NCBI GenBank assembly: GCA_017608705.1
Contig: JAFCFJ010000008.1
Coordinates: 465-64,464 of the forward strand
Direction of reading: 5' to 3'
From: Candidatus Pacearchaeota archaeon
GTDB lineage: Archaea; Nanobdellota; Nanobdellia; Pacearchaeales; GW2011-AR1
Length of the DNA stretch: 64,000 nt
A model generated the notes under the pieces. It searched no databases and was not told the origin of the DNA. It saw nothing but the letters and a program-made list of their open reading frames with translations. The translations under genes and the position numbers were made by a program. Position 1 is the first letter of the stretch, and each line of letters begins with the position of its first letter. Shown one piece after another: positions 56,429 through 64,000 of the stretch.

Positions 56429-57010
56429 ATGAAGCTTGAAACAGCAGCGGAACTTGTAAGGCTAGCTAGAGAAAGTATAGCTAAGGGGTTTGAGGGCGAA
56501 CGACCCGTCTTGCCTGCTCATAGAGAACTCGGAGAAAAGCGTGGCGTTTTTGTTACACTACTTACATGGCCTTCCAGAGAGCTTCGTGGTTGCATAGGTT
56601 TTCCCTTGCCTGTGTTGCCTCTTGCCGAAGCTGTTGTTGAGGCAGCGCGACATGCAGCTTTCAATGATCCACGTTTTATGCCTTTGAGCAAAGAAGAGCT
56701 GGATAAAATTGTTATTGAAGTCTCGGTTTTAACCGTTCCTCATGAAACCAAGGATGTAATGCAGGAACTTGTGATAGGCAAGCATGGCATTATTTGTGAA
56801 TGGAATGGCTTCAGTGGTTTGCTATTGCCACAAGTAGCTGTAGAGCATAATATGAGTAAAGAAGAGTTTGTAAGCGCGGTATGTGAAAAAGCAGGATTGC
56901 CACGGGATGCATGGAAAAAGCATGATGTGAAGTTCAGTTTGTTCGAAGCAGAGATTTTTGCTGAAAAAGAACCCGGTGGTGAAGTAATGAAAGTTGCGCT
57001 CGGAAAATAG
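56429..57010 (+). CDS. AMMECR1-domain protein
   Basis: LRGCIGFPLPVLPLAEAV...AAFNDPRF is the AMMECR1 core motif. Confidence 0.85.
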   Translation: MKLETAAELVRLARESIAKGFEGERPVLPAHRELGEKRGVFVTLLTWPSRELRGCIGFPLPVLPLAEAVVEAARHAAFNDPRFMPLSKEELDKIVIEVSVLTVPHETKDVMQELVIGKHGIICEWNGFSGLLLPQVAVEHNMSKEEFVSAVCEKAGLPRDAWKKHDVKFSLFEAEIFAEKEPGGEVMKVALGK

Positions 57011-57019
57011 GCCTGATAG

Positions 57020-57283
57020 TTATTTGGTTTTGCTGAATTTTGTGTCAAGCCCTGCCAATTCTTTATCTAGTTTGGCTATTTCCTCCTTCACTATCTTGCT
57101 TACCTCTTTGTCTTTTGTTTTGATAAGCATTATTGGGTTTTTCGTAGGATGTTCGCGTCGCCAAGCAACAAAACTAATATTCGGATTTTCAGCTAACCTT
57201 ACACGCAAGATTTCAGCTATTGTTATGTTATCAATTTCCATTTCTAGTTCATTCTTTTCCTGCTTTCTTATTGTGATTTGCAT
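57020..57283 (-). CDS. rpoL: DNA-directed RNA polymerase subunit L (Rpb11 homolog)
   Basis: 87 aa. LEMEIDNITIAEILRVRLAENPNISFVAWRREHPTKNPIMLIKT matches the RpoL pattern (hTlgN.LR..L...p.V.FAaYk.eHPl...p.L.I.T). Confidence 0.8.
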   Translation of the reverse strand: MQITIRKQEKNELEMEIDNITIAEILRVRLAENPNISFVAWRREHPTKNPIMLIKTKDKEVSKIVKEEIAKLDKELAGLDTKFSKTK

Positions 57284-57357
57284 GTTCTTCCTTTTGTTGA
57301 TAGCTTTATAAATTTTGTTGTCTGCTCTGTCACTCTACTTAACTTGTCTACTGGAAC

Positions 57358-57999
57358 TCAGGCGAGTCCAAATAGCTTTGCAAAGATGAGTTTGAGCCAG
57401 CCCAGTTTTGGTATTCTCGCAATTGCCTTGCCATAAATTTTATTCTCTGGTATGTTTCTTTCAAAACTTAGCTGTCCTGGGTTGGCATCACCTTTTGTTT
57501 CATAATAGGTTTTGTCGTTTTTATGTTTTATAGCCACAACCCTATGGATTACCGGGTGTCTTTGGCCTGCGTCAAAAACTATGACATCACCAACTCGATA
57601 GTAGTTTGCTTTTTTTACTATAACAATATCACCACGTTCCATTCCTGCTTTGAAAGGCCATAGTTTTGCCTGCTCATAATCTATGCTGTGCTTTTCATAC
57701 CACGCGCCTGCATGGTCCCACCATTTCTTGAATTTTTCCTCATTTATGAGCCCAAGCGGTCCAGTAACCTCAGTAGAGATGACTTTTTGTGGCCATTTGA
57801 AATTATGGTTCATGCTTCCTGATTCCACTACCACCAACGGTAGGCTTGTTCCAAGCACGAAGCCAATGAAAGGGAAGAAAATAAATTTCACGAGAATGAA
57901 AATTATCAACAAGGCCACGAACCAACTTGCCAAACTATCAGAGTGCCATATCCAGTTCCATGCCTGTTTTATTTTCTCACCAAAAGATTTTTTCTGCAT
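57358..57999 (-). CDS. Signal peptidase I (archaeal Sec11/S26B type)
   Basis: Start at MQKKSFGEK. TM helix. VVESGSMNH (catalytic Ser box). GDANPGQ box near the C-terminus. Confidence 0.8.
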   Translation of the reverse strand: MQKKSFGEKIKQAWNWIWHSDSLASWFVALLIIFILVKFIFFPFIGFVLGTSLPLVVVESGSMNHNFKWPQKVISTEVTGPLGLINEEKFKKWWDHAGAWYEKHSIDYEQAKLWPFKAGMERGDIVIVKKANYYRVGDVIVFDAGQRHPVIHRVVAIKHKNDKTYYETKGDANPGQLSFERNIPENKIYGKAIARIPKLGWLKLIFAKLFGLA

Positions 58000-58117
58000 T
58001 CTTGCCACTCCTGATTGTTTCCATAACAATATCCTAAGTTAAAAGCAAAGGAAAGATTTATAAAGTTATGGTATATACACTTTGTATATACATAAAAATG
58101 ATACTGGCAGGAATAAA

Positions 58118-58471
58118 ATGTCTGACATCTTCAATGAGCGTGTGATGTGTAGCAAGTGTGGAAAAGAAATGACAAAGCGTGTATTTGAGCGTGACGGCTT
58201 TAAGCTTAGGGGATGGCAATGTGAGTGTTGCGGAAAGAGGATTTTGCATCCGGCGGACGAGGAAAAATATAAGGATTTCAAGAGAATAAAGAACAAGATT
58301 TTTAAAGTAAAGCTGCGTATGGTTGGAAACAGCTACGCGGTGAGCATTCCAAAAGAGGTTATAAGTTTTATGCGGGAACAAGAAAGACTGGCAAGCCGGA
58401 TAGTAAAGCTATGCATAGAGGAAGCAAAAAAGCTTGCCCTTATATTCAACGAGTTTGATGAGGCAAAATGA
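58118..58471 (+). CDS. Zinc-ribbon plus AbrB/SpoVT (swapped-hairpin) domain protein, translationally coupled to cdc48
   Basis: CSKCGK...CECCGK ribbon. [23 protein letters not shown] swapped-hairpin motif. Its stop overlaps the cdc48 ATG (ATGA). Confidence 0.55.
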   Translation: MSDIFNERVMCSKCGKEMTKRVFERDGFKLRGWQCECCGKRILHPADEEKYKDFKRIKNKIFKVKLRMVGNSYAVSIPKEVISFMREQERLASRIVKLCIEEAKKLALIFNEFDEAK

Positions 58472-60698
58472 AGAAAGTAAAGCTTAAGGTTGTTGAAGCA
58501 TTGCAGGATGATGCATACAAAGGCATAGCAAGGATAGACAGCGAAATCATGAGAGAGCTTGGTGTTAGACGTGGTGATGTTATTTCTATCAAAGGCGAAA
58601 GAGAAACTGTTGCTATTGTTGACAGAGCATATCCGGCAGACGTTGGCGAGGGTATAATAAGGATAGATGGAATCATACGTAGGAATGCAAAGACAGGGAT
58701 TGGGGAGTATGTAGAGGTAAGCAAGGCGGATGTCAAGGAAGCGAAGAAAGTTATGATCGCTCCTGCCCAGCAAGGTGTTGTCGTGCAAGCAGATCCGGAA
58801 ATTTTCAAGCGCGGATTACTTGGCAGAGCTGTTGTTAAAGGCGACATAGTTGTTCTTGGCGGTGCAAGACGGAGACGGGACATAATGGAGGAAAGCTTCC
58901 AGGATATATTCGATATTTTTGGTGATGCTATTAGTGGGTTTATGCCTACCCTCAGCCAGATGAGGTTTGTTGTTGTTCAGCTAACACCAAACCAGCCTTG
59001 CATTATCACAGAAAATACCGACATTGTTGTGTCGCCGAAAGCTGTTGAGATAAGCGAGGAGAAGGTGCCTGAAGTGACATATGAGGATATTGGTGGCCTG
59101 GACGAGGAGATAAAGAAGATAAGAGAAATGGTAGAGTTACCGCTTAAACATCCTGAGATATTCTCACGACTTGGAATTGAACCTCCTAAAGGCGTGCTCT
59201 TGTACGGCCCTCCTGGCACAGGCAAGACCTTGCTTGCTAAGGCAGTAGCCAATGAAAGCGAAGCTAATTTCATAGCTCTGAATGGCCCAGAGATTATGAG
59301 TAAATACTACGGTGAAAGCGAAAAGAGGATATCATATTCATTGATGAAATAGATGCGATAGCGCCGAAACGTGAGGAGGCATATGGTGAAGTAGAAAGGC
59401 GTGTGGTATCTCAGCTTTTAACCATGATGGACGGCCTGAAATCGAGGGGCAAGGTGATAGTGATAGGCGCTACTAATAGGCCAAATGCTCTCGATCCCGC
59501 CTTACGAAGGCCTGGAAGGTTTGACAGAGAGATAGCAATTAATGTTCCGGACAAGAAAGGAAGACTTGCTATACTCAAGATCCACACACGCAACATGCCT
59601 CTGGCCAAAGATGTGAATCTTGAGGAGATAGCTGCCATAACACATGGTTTTGTCGGTGCCGACCTTGCAAGTTTATGTAAAGAAGCTGCGATGGCTGCTT
59701 TACGTCGTATTTTGCCTAAGCTAAAACTTGATGAGATGGAGGAAGTTCCGAGAGAAGTATTAGAGCAACTTATTATAACACGACGAGATTTCTTTGAAGC
59801 CTTGAAGGTTGTTAGGCCAAGTGCCATGCGCGAAGTTTTAGTTGAAACTCCTAATGTTAAATGGAGTGATGTAGGCGATTTAGAAAAAGTGAAACAGGAG
59901 CTAAGAGAGGCGGTAGAGTGGCCACTTAAATATCCTGATGCTTTCAAGCGTATGGGTATTACACCTCCGAAAGGTATATTGCTGTACGGCCCTCCTGGCA
60001 CAGGCAAGACCTTGCTTGCTAAGGCTGTAGCTACAGAGAGCGAGGCTAACTTCATCCAGGTTAAGGGTCCTAGCTTGCTTAGTATGTGGGTAGGCAAGAG
60101 CGAAGAGGGTGTAAGGAAAACTTTTGAGAGGGCAAGACAGGTTGCTCCTTGCATTATCTTTTTCGATGAAATAGATGCGTTGGCAGCGAGACGTGGCCTT
60201 GAGACAGGTACCAAGGTTACAGAGCGCGTGCTTAATCAGTTGCTTGCGGAGATGGATGGTATAGAAGAGTTAACTAATGTTGTAGTTATCGGAGCCACTA
60301 ATAGGCCAGACATGCTTGATCCTGCTATCCTAAGGCCTGGCAGATTCGACCGCGTGCTACTTGTTCCGCCACCAGACAAAAAAGGTAGGCTGGAGATACT
60401 CAAGATCCACACACGCAACATGCCTCTGGCCAAAGATGTGAATCTTGAGGAGCTTGCAGAAAAAACAGAGGGCTATGTTGGTGCTGATCTTGAGGCATTG
60501 GCAAGGGAAGCGGCAATGCTTGCACTAAGGAGAAGTAAGATGAAGGCAAAGGAAGTTAAGATGAAGGATTTTGAGGAGGCGATGAAAAAGATTAAGCCAA
60601 GTGTGACAAAGGCTGATATAGAACGCTACAAGAAGCTAGAAGAACAATACCTGAAATCAGCAAGAGCGGCATTGGAGTCGCCGTGGTATACGGGTTAA
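58468..60698 (+). pseudogene. cdc48: Cdc48/VCP-like AAA+ ATPase (N domain, D1, D2) disrupted by a ~43-nt deletion and frameshift between the D1 Walker A and Walker B
   Basis: ORF 58468-59352 encodes the N-domain and D1 Walker A ([26 protein letters not shown]...YGESEKR), then runs ISYSLMK and stops. A different frame continues from ~59330 with [16 protein letters not shown]...[11 protein letters not shown]...D2 ([22 protein letters not shown]...[10 protein letters not shown]) to 60698. The expected ~14 residues (LREIFEEAE.NAPS) are absent. Confidence 0.85.
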
Positions 60699-61609
60699 TC
60701 TTTCTCCTCTTTTGATTTTGTTGTTATAATCTTTCTGTTCTTGGATAATATAATTGTGTGTTCTGTTTGGGCCACAGGTTGCTTGGATTTTTCTATTAGG
60801 AGAGGGTAATGATAGAGTAAACGGTTTTTTTCTAATAGGTGCAAGGCATAGGTTGCCCTCGGCCCGAACTCATGAGTAAGCCACCTTTCACAGAATGGTA
60901 ATGTTTTGTACTTGTGCTTTATAAAGGTGAGAAGCTGTCTCGCTAAACTGTCTCTTACCGGAGCATCTTTTATAAGCGCATATATCCCTGAACCTTTGCC
61001 TTCATAAACACTGCCAGCACCGTGGGCTGTTGTTACAAAAGGCTCTATGGCATAAGCACCTTCGCCTAGTTGCAGCTCATTACCATTGTCAAAGTTCGGA
61101 ATAGTCATGCCCGCATGTAGTTTGTAGCGGGAAATGCTATGGCCAGATAAATTAGTAACAGGTATAAAACCCTCTTTTTTGATAACTTCTTCTATTATTT
61201 TGCCGACATTTCTTAGTTTTGTGCCTTCACTAAAAATTTCAATAGCCTTCATGACAGCATTTTCTGCTGCACTTATCATTAGATCATATTCCTTATTCTC
61301 ATCCAAGTTTAGCGTAAATGCTGTATCTGCTATACACCCATCTATATGCACACCAATATCAACCTTTATCATTCCTGTTGCAATTTTTTCATCCTGCCAT
61401 TTCGGTGTAAAATGTGCTGCAATCTCGTTTATGCTGAGATTTACTGGAAATGCGGGCTCCGCATGCATTTGTTTTATTTTTGCCTCGATTTTTTCCGCTA
61501 TCTCAAATAGATTTTTTTCAGGTTCTATGATTCTCTTTGCATAGCGCGTTACAGAAGCAGCAATTTCACCTGCCTTGATCCATTTTTTGATTTCTGCTTC
61601 TTGGATCAT
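60695..61609 (-). CDS. map: Methionine aminopeptidase, type 2 (archaeal)
   Basis: 304 aa. Pita-bread fold metal ligands in [16 protein letters not shown] and [15 protein letters not shown] blocks. The insertion domain is typical of MetAP2. Confidence 0.85.
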   Translation of the reverse strand: MIQEAEIKKWIKAGEIAASVTRYAKRIIEPEKNLFEIAEKIEAKIKQMHAEPAFPVNLSINEIAAHFTPKWQDEKIATGMIKVDIGVHIDGCIADTAFTLNLDENKEYDLMISAAENAVMKAIEIFSEGTKLRNVGKIIEEVIKKEGFIPVTNLSGHSISRYKLHAGMTIPNFDNGNELQLGEGAYAIEPFVTTAHGAGSVYEGKGSGIYALIKDAPVRDSLARQLLTFIKHKYKTLPFCERWLTHEFGPRATYALHLLEKNRLLYHYPLLIEKSKQPVAQTEHTIILSKNRKIITTKSKEEKD

Positions 61610-61650
61610 TTCAACTATGTCATAACAAAATATTCTTTTATAAATCTATT

Positions 61651-62310
61651 TTGGTTCTGAGCAATGCTATTAAATACAGTTTTGCTTTCGATCATATGTT
61701 TGACTTTTTTCAGAGATATTACGAGAATAAAAATTTGAAAAAGAATTTGGAGCAAGCGAATGCGAAAATTGCATCATTAGAGTCAAGACTTAACATAGCA
61801 AAAGTTGAATTGAAGAAGAAGGATGGTCTGATAGCATATTTGAAACAAGAAAATGCTATGCTGGGTTCTGGGATAGAGAAGATAAGTGATGTTTTCTTGT
61901 CTGAAATATTTCCAAATCTGACCAAGTATATTCATGAAGATATTGCTTTTCTTATTTTGAATTCCAAGTATGAGGTTGCATACATGAATAGCAAAGCAGA
62001 AGAGATTTTAGGCATGGCTTATGGCGAGCCGTTTGCCAATTTTTTGTATGGCAAGAACTCACTTGAAAAAATTTCTTATGGGAGAGGGCGTGTTAGTGTT
62101 TATATAAAAGAGGCAACCGGGACAAAGCTTCCAGCTTTGCTTGAGTTCCATAATTATTGTTGTCACGTAGAGCGGAAAGGAAAACGGCACAGCATACATG
62201 TTGCCACATGCTTGCTTGTGTATACAGATAGAAGATTTCTTAGGGGGATGGTGAAAAGTAAACTTGCTAGAATCAAGCAACTTCTCAGAGATCTCATCGG
62301 CGGGGAATAG
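61651..62310 (+). CDS. Hypothetical protein with an N-terminal coiled coil and a PAS-like domain
   Basis: Heptad-rich LKKNLEQANAKIASLESRLNIAKVELKKKDGLIAYLKQ. Then DIAFLILNSKYEVAYMNSKAEEILGM, resembling a PAS core. Confidence 0.4.
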   Translation: MVLSNAIKYSFAFDHMFDFFQRYYENKNLKKNLEQANAKIASLESRLNIAKVELKKKDGLIAYLKQENAMLGSGIEKISDVFLSEIFPNLTKYIHEDIAFLILNSKYEVAYMNSKAEEILGMAYGEPFANFLYGKNSLEKISYGRGRVSVYIKEATGTKLPALLEFHNYCCHVERKGKRHSIHVATCLLVYTDRRFLRGMVKSKLARIKQLLRDLIGGE

Positions 62311-62313
62311 CAG

Positions 62314-62835
62314 TTACAATAACGTGCTTCTCACTTGTTTCGGTACAAAATTAGTAATTTTCACGAGTTTCTTGCCGTCCTTTTCTTGTATTGAGAATTT
62401 TCCGCAACCAATTAAATCGTTTTTGTATTTCAACACAAGCAGGCCAACATTTTCATCGATACCTTGAGCTTTTGTCATTTCGATTATAAGGCTTTCACCT
62501 TTGAGCCATTTTTTTGCCTGCTTCTCATCAAGCTCTATAACTTGTTTTTTTATTTTATTCCGGAGCAGGCTTACAGCATCGAAGCTGAGCCTTGGTCTTA
62601 GCTCGCCGTGAAAATTTTCGAGCGCTATGATATACATGCCTATTGTGTCTATATTCAGCTCTTGGGCCAGCCCAGCGAGCTCCTCGCGTGGCAACGAGCC
62701 TGTAAAATATCTTATCTTGCGTTTGCCACTTTCTATGAACATCCCTTTCATCTCATTAGCAGTTATGCCATATATCTTGCTGAGTTTTTCGAAAAGTTGT
62801 TTTCTTTCTCTTGTATTGAGAATTTTTGTTTTCAT
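62314..62835 (-). CDS. PUA-domain RNA-binding protein (Nip7-like)
   Basis: 173 aa. C-terminal NVGLLVLKYKNDLIGCGKF...LVKITNF resembles a PUA beta-sandwich, as in archaeal Nip7. Confidence 0.4.
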   Translation of the reverse strand: MKTKILNTRERKQLFEKLSKIYGITANEMKGMFIESGKRKIRYFTGSLPREELAGLAQELNIDTIGMYIIALENFHGELRPRLSFDAVSLLRNKIKKQVIELDEKQAKKWLKGESLIIEMTKAQGIDENVGLLVLKYKNDLIGCGKFSIQEKDGKKLVKITNFVPKQVRSTLL

Positions 62836-62850
62836 TTTTCCTATGACAAG

Positions 62851-63840
62851 CTAAACAAAGCCGAGATCATTGAGCACTTTTGTCATAATTAACGGGAACA
62901 AGATGCTGGCTTCACCTATCACAGTTACTGCATTCTCACTCCTTAGTTTTCCCCATGATAATGCCTCGCGTGTAGTTGCGCCTGAAAGCGAACCGCTGTA
63001 TTCTCTTGCTGTGGTTATGTAAACAGCATAATCCATACCTTCATTTATTAGGTTAGCTATGAGCGCATGGTGCTTTGCAACACCACCACCGAGAATAATC
63101 ACCCCTTTCTTCTCGCGCGGACTGCTCTCCAGGATAAGTTTTTTGAAATCATCAATCACATCCAGCTCGAAGTCAGGGTGCTTATCTTTGAAAAGCATGA
63201 GCTGGTAGCCAAGAGAACCATCGGTTATTGCAGGACAATAAATAGGAATGTTGTTTTTTGCTGCCTGATACACAAAAGAGCTTTCGTCTTGCAATCTTTT
63301 ACCTATTTCATACACAAGCTGGGAAGGCGTAAGTTTCTTTTTTTCTTGATAGATATCTTCTAGCAATTCTTGTATGATCTCTTCGAATTTAACATAGCTT
63401 GTGTCTTTGACAAAAATATTACCTATCCTGTTGATCCCTTGCTTCCGTAGCTCTAGATCGTTAGCATCAAAGCTCCCAACATAGAATTTCTCTTTTGTTT
63501 TTATTATATCCTCTTCTATTGCGCCTACAGTAGTTATTGCAATATCAACAAATCTGAGGCTGAAAAGCTGGGCAAAGAGACCACGCATTCCTGAAGAGCC
63601 CATATTTGATGTAAACGTAAGGAAAATTTTTGCGTTGTCTTGTTTCATTCTTTTTATTATATCTACAGCCTTGCCCAAATGTACTGACTGGAAACCAACA
63701 TGACGCACTTTATCGATGAAACGCGAAACAGTCATGTTTGGCTCTGCATGAAAATCCTGAATTGGCTCAAGTTCTGCTTTATGTTGTTCTTGCCTTTCGC
63801 TTTTACTTGCTTTCTTCTCAGCATTATCGTATTTATTCAT
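62851..63840 (-). CDS. dys: Deoxyhypusine synthase
   Basis: NAD-binding and spermidine site blocks FTSNMGSSGMRG and ILGGGVAKHH. The start is probably the second ATG (63838-63840), which forms an ATGA overlap with the upstream gene stop. The track ORF extends to 63849. Confidence 0.9.
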   Translation of the reverse strand: MNKYDNAEKKASKSERQEQHKAELEPIQDFHAEPNMTVSRFIDKVRHVGFQSVHLGKAVDIIKRMKQDNAKIFLTFTSNMGSSGMRGLFAQLFSLRFVDIAITTVGAIEEDIIKTKEKFYVGSFDANDLELRKQGINRIGNIFVKDTSYVKFEEIIQELLEDIYQEKKKLTPSQLVYEIGKRLQDESSFVYQAAKNNIPIYCPAITDGSLGYQLMLFKDKHPDFELDVIDDFKKLILESSPREKKGVIILGGGVAKHHALIANLINEGMDYAVYITTAREYSGSLSGATTREALSWGKLRSENAVTVIGEASILFPLIMTKVLNDLGFV

Positions 63841-64000
63841 TTTATCCATTCAGGAAAACTTTTTACTATTTTATATCTTACCTTCGGCATCCTGAAAAGT
63901 TCTGTGTGGAACTGGTATGCGCCTGCATCTAGAACAGCTACGAGATCATTAGGCGAGAGCTTGCGATTTACAATGCCGAAATAATCCAACGCGTCTATGC
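63837..64000 (-). CDS. C-terminal fragment of a fold-III PLP-dependent decarboxylase (Orn/DAP/Arg decarboxylase family). The gene enters from beyond the right edge of the window.
   Basis: Minus-strand translation gives DALDYFGIVNRKLSPNDLVAVLDAGAYQFHTELFRMPKVRYKIVKSFPEWIK*. The (D/G)AGAY motif is the conserved C-terminal barrel motif of this family. Confidence 0.55.
   Translation of the reverse strand, partial: IDALDYFGIVNRKLSPNDLVAVLDAGAYQFHTELFRMPKVRYKIVKSFPEWIK

Noticed and set aside
59201-60452. Repeated 43-nt and 57-nt identical tracts as a possible CRISPR-like or mobile repeat
   Set aside because: Only two copies each, both inside the paralogous AAA domains of cdc48, and they are coding. 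This is intragenic gene conversion or collapse, not an array.
1-64000. CRISPR arrays, rRNA genes, IS elements or integrases
   Set aside because: No regularly spaced direct repeats, no 16S/23S/5S-like sequence, no transposase or integrase-like ORFs. The only compositional islet found is the PIN-Rnl2 segment, and it has no recombinase.

Overview
This 64 kb window reads as a segment of an archaeal chromosome at roughly 40-45% GC, probably from a thermophile or hyperthermophile. The clearest signal is an intact 1171-aa reverse gyrase, alongside archaeal-type replication, transcription and translation genes. These include MCM, ATP-dependent DNA ligase, RadB, an RPA32-like protein, TBP, RpoL, aIF1A, aIF2-beta, NAC-alpha, Sec61-beta, L15e, Cdc48, archaeal SAM synthetase and deoxyhypusine synthase. 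The window is densely coded on both strands and is rich in information-processing genes. It carries both Asn/Gln transamidation systems (GatD and GatE, plus GatC-GatA and a separate GatB) next to AspRS, partial ValRS and MetRS. It also holds two type-IA topoisomerases (reverse gyrase and TopA), an FtsZ, a MinD-like ATPase, glutamate dehydrogenase, transporters and 8 tRNAs (Val, Gly, Pro x2, Ile, Asn, Arg). No rRNA, CRISPR array or IS element was found. The best candidate for an undescribed system is an AT-rich two-gene islet at 19.4-21.1 kb, inserted between gatD and gatE. It encodes a PIN-domain nuclease with a large insertion, immediately followed by an Rnl2-like ATP-dependent RNA ligase (KxDGxN, FGEW, EGxVxK motifs), which suggests a self-contained RNA break-and-reseal or toxin-repair module. 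The second theme is apparent gene decay or assembly problems in otherwise conserved genes. FtsZ has an in-frame ~31-aa deletion of the GTP-binding T4-loop region. Cdc48 is split by a ~43-nt deletion and frameshift and carries identical nucleotide tracts shared between its D1 and D2 domains. A membrane protein has an in-frame TAG where Trp is expected. A tandem Lrp has two frameshifts in its N-terminal module. All coordinates are hand-counted from the printed sequence and may be off by a few bases.
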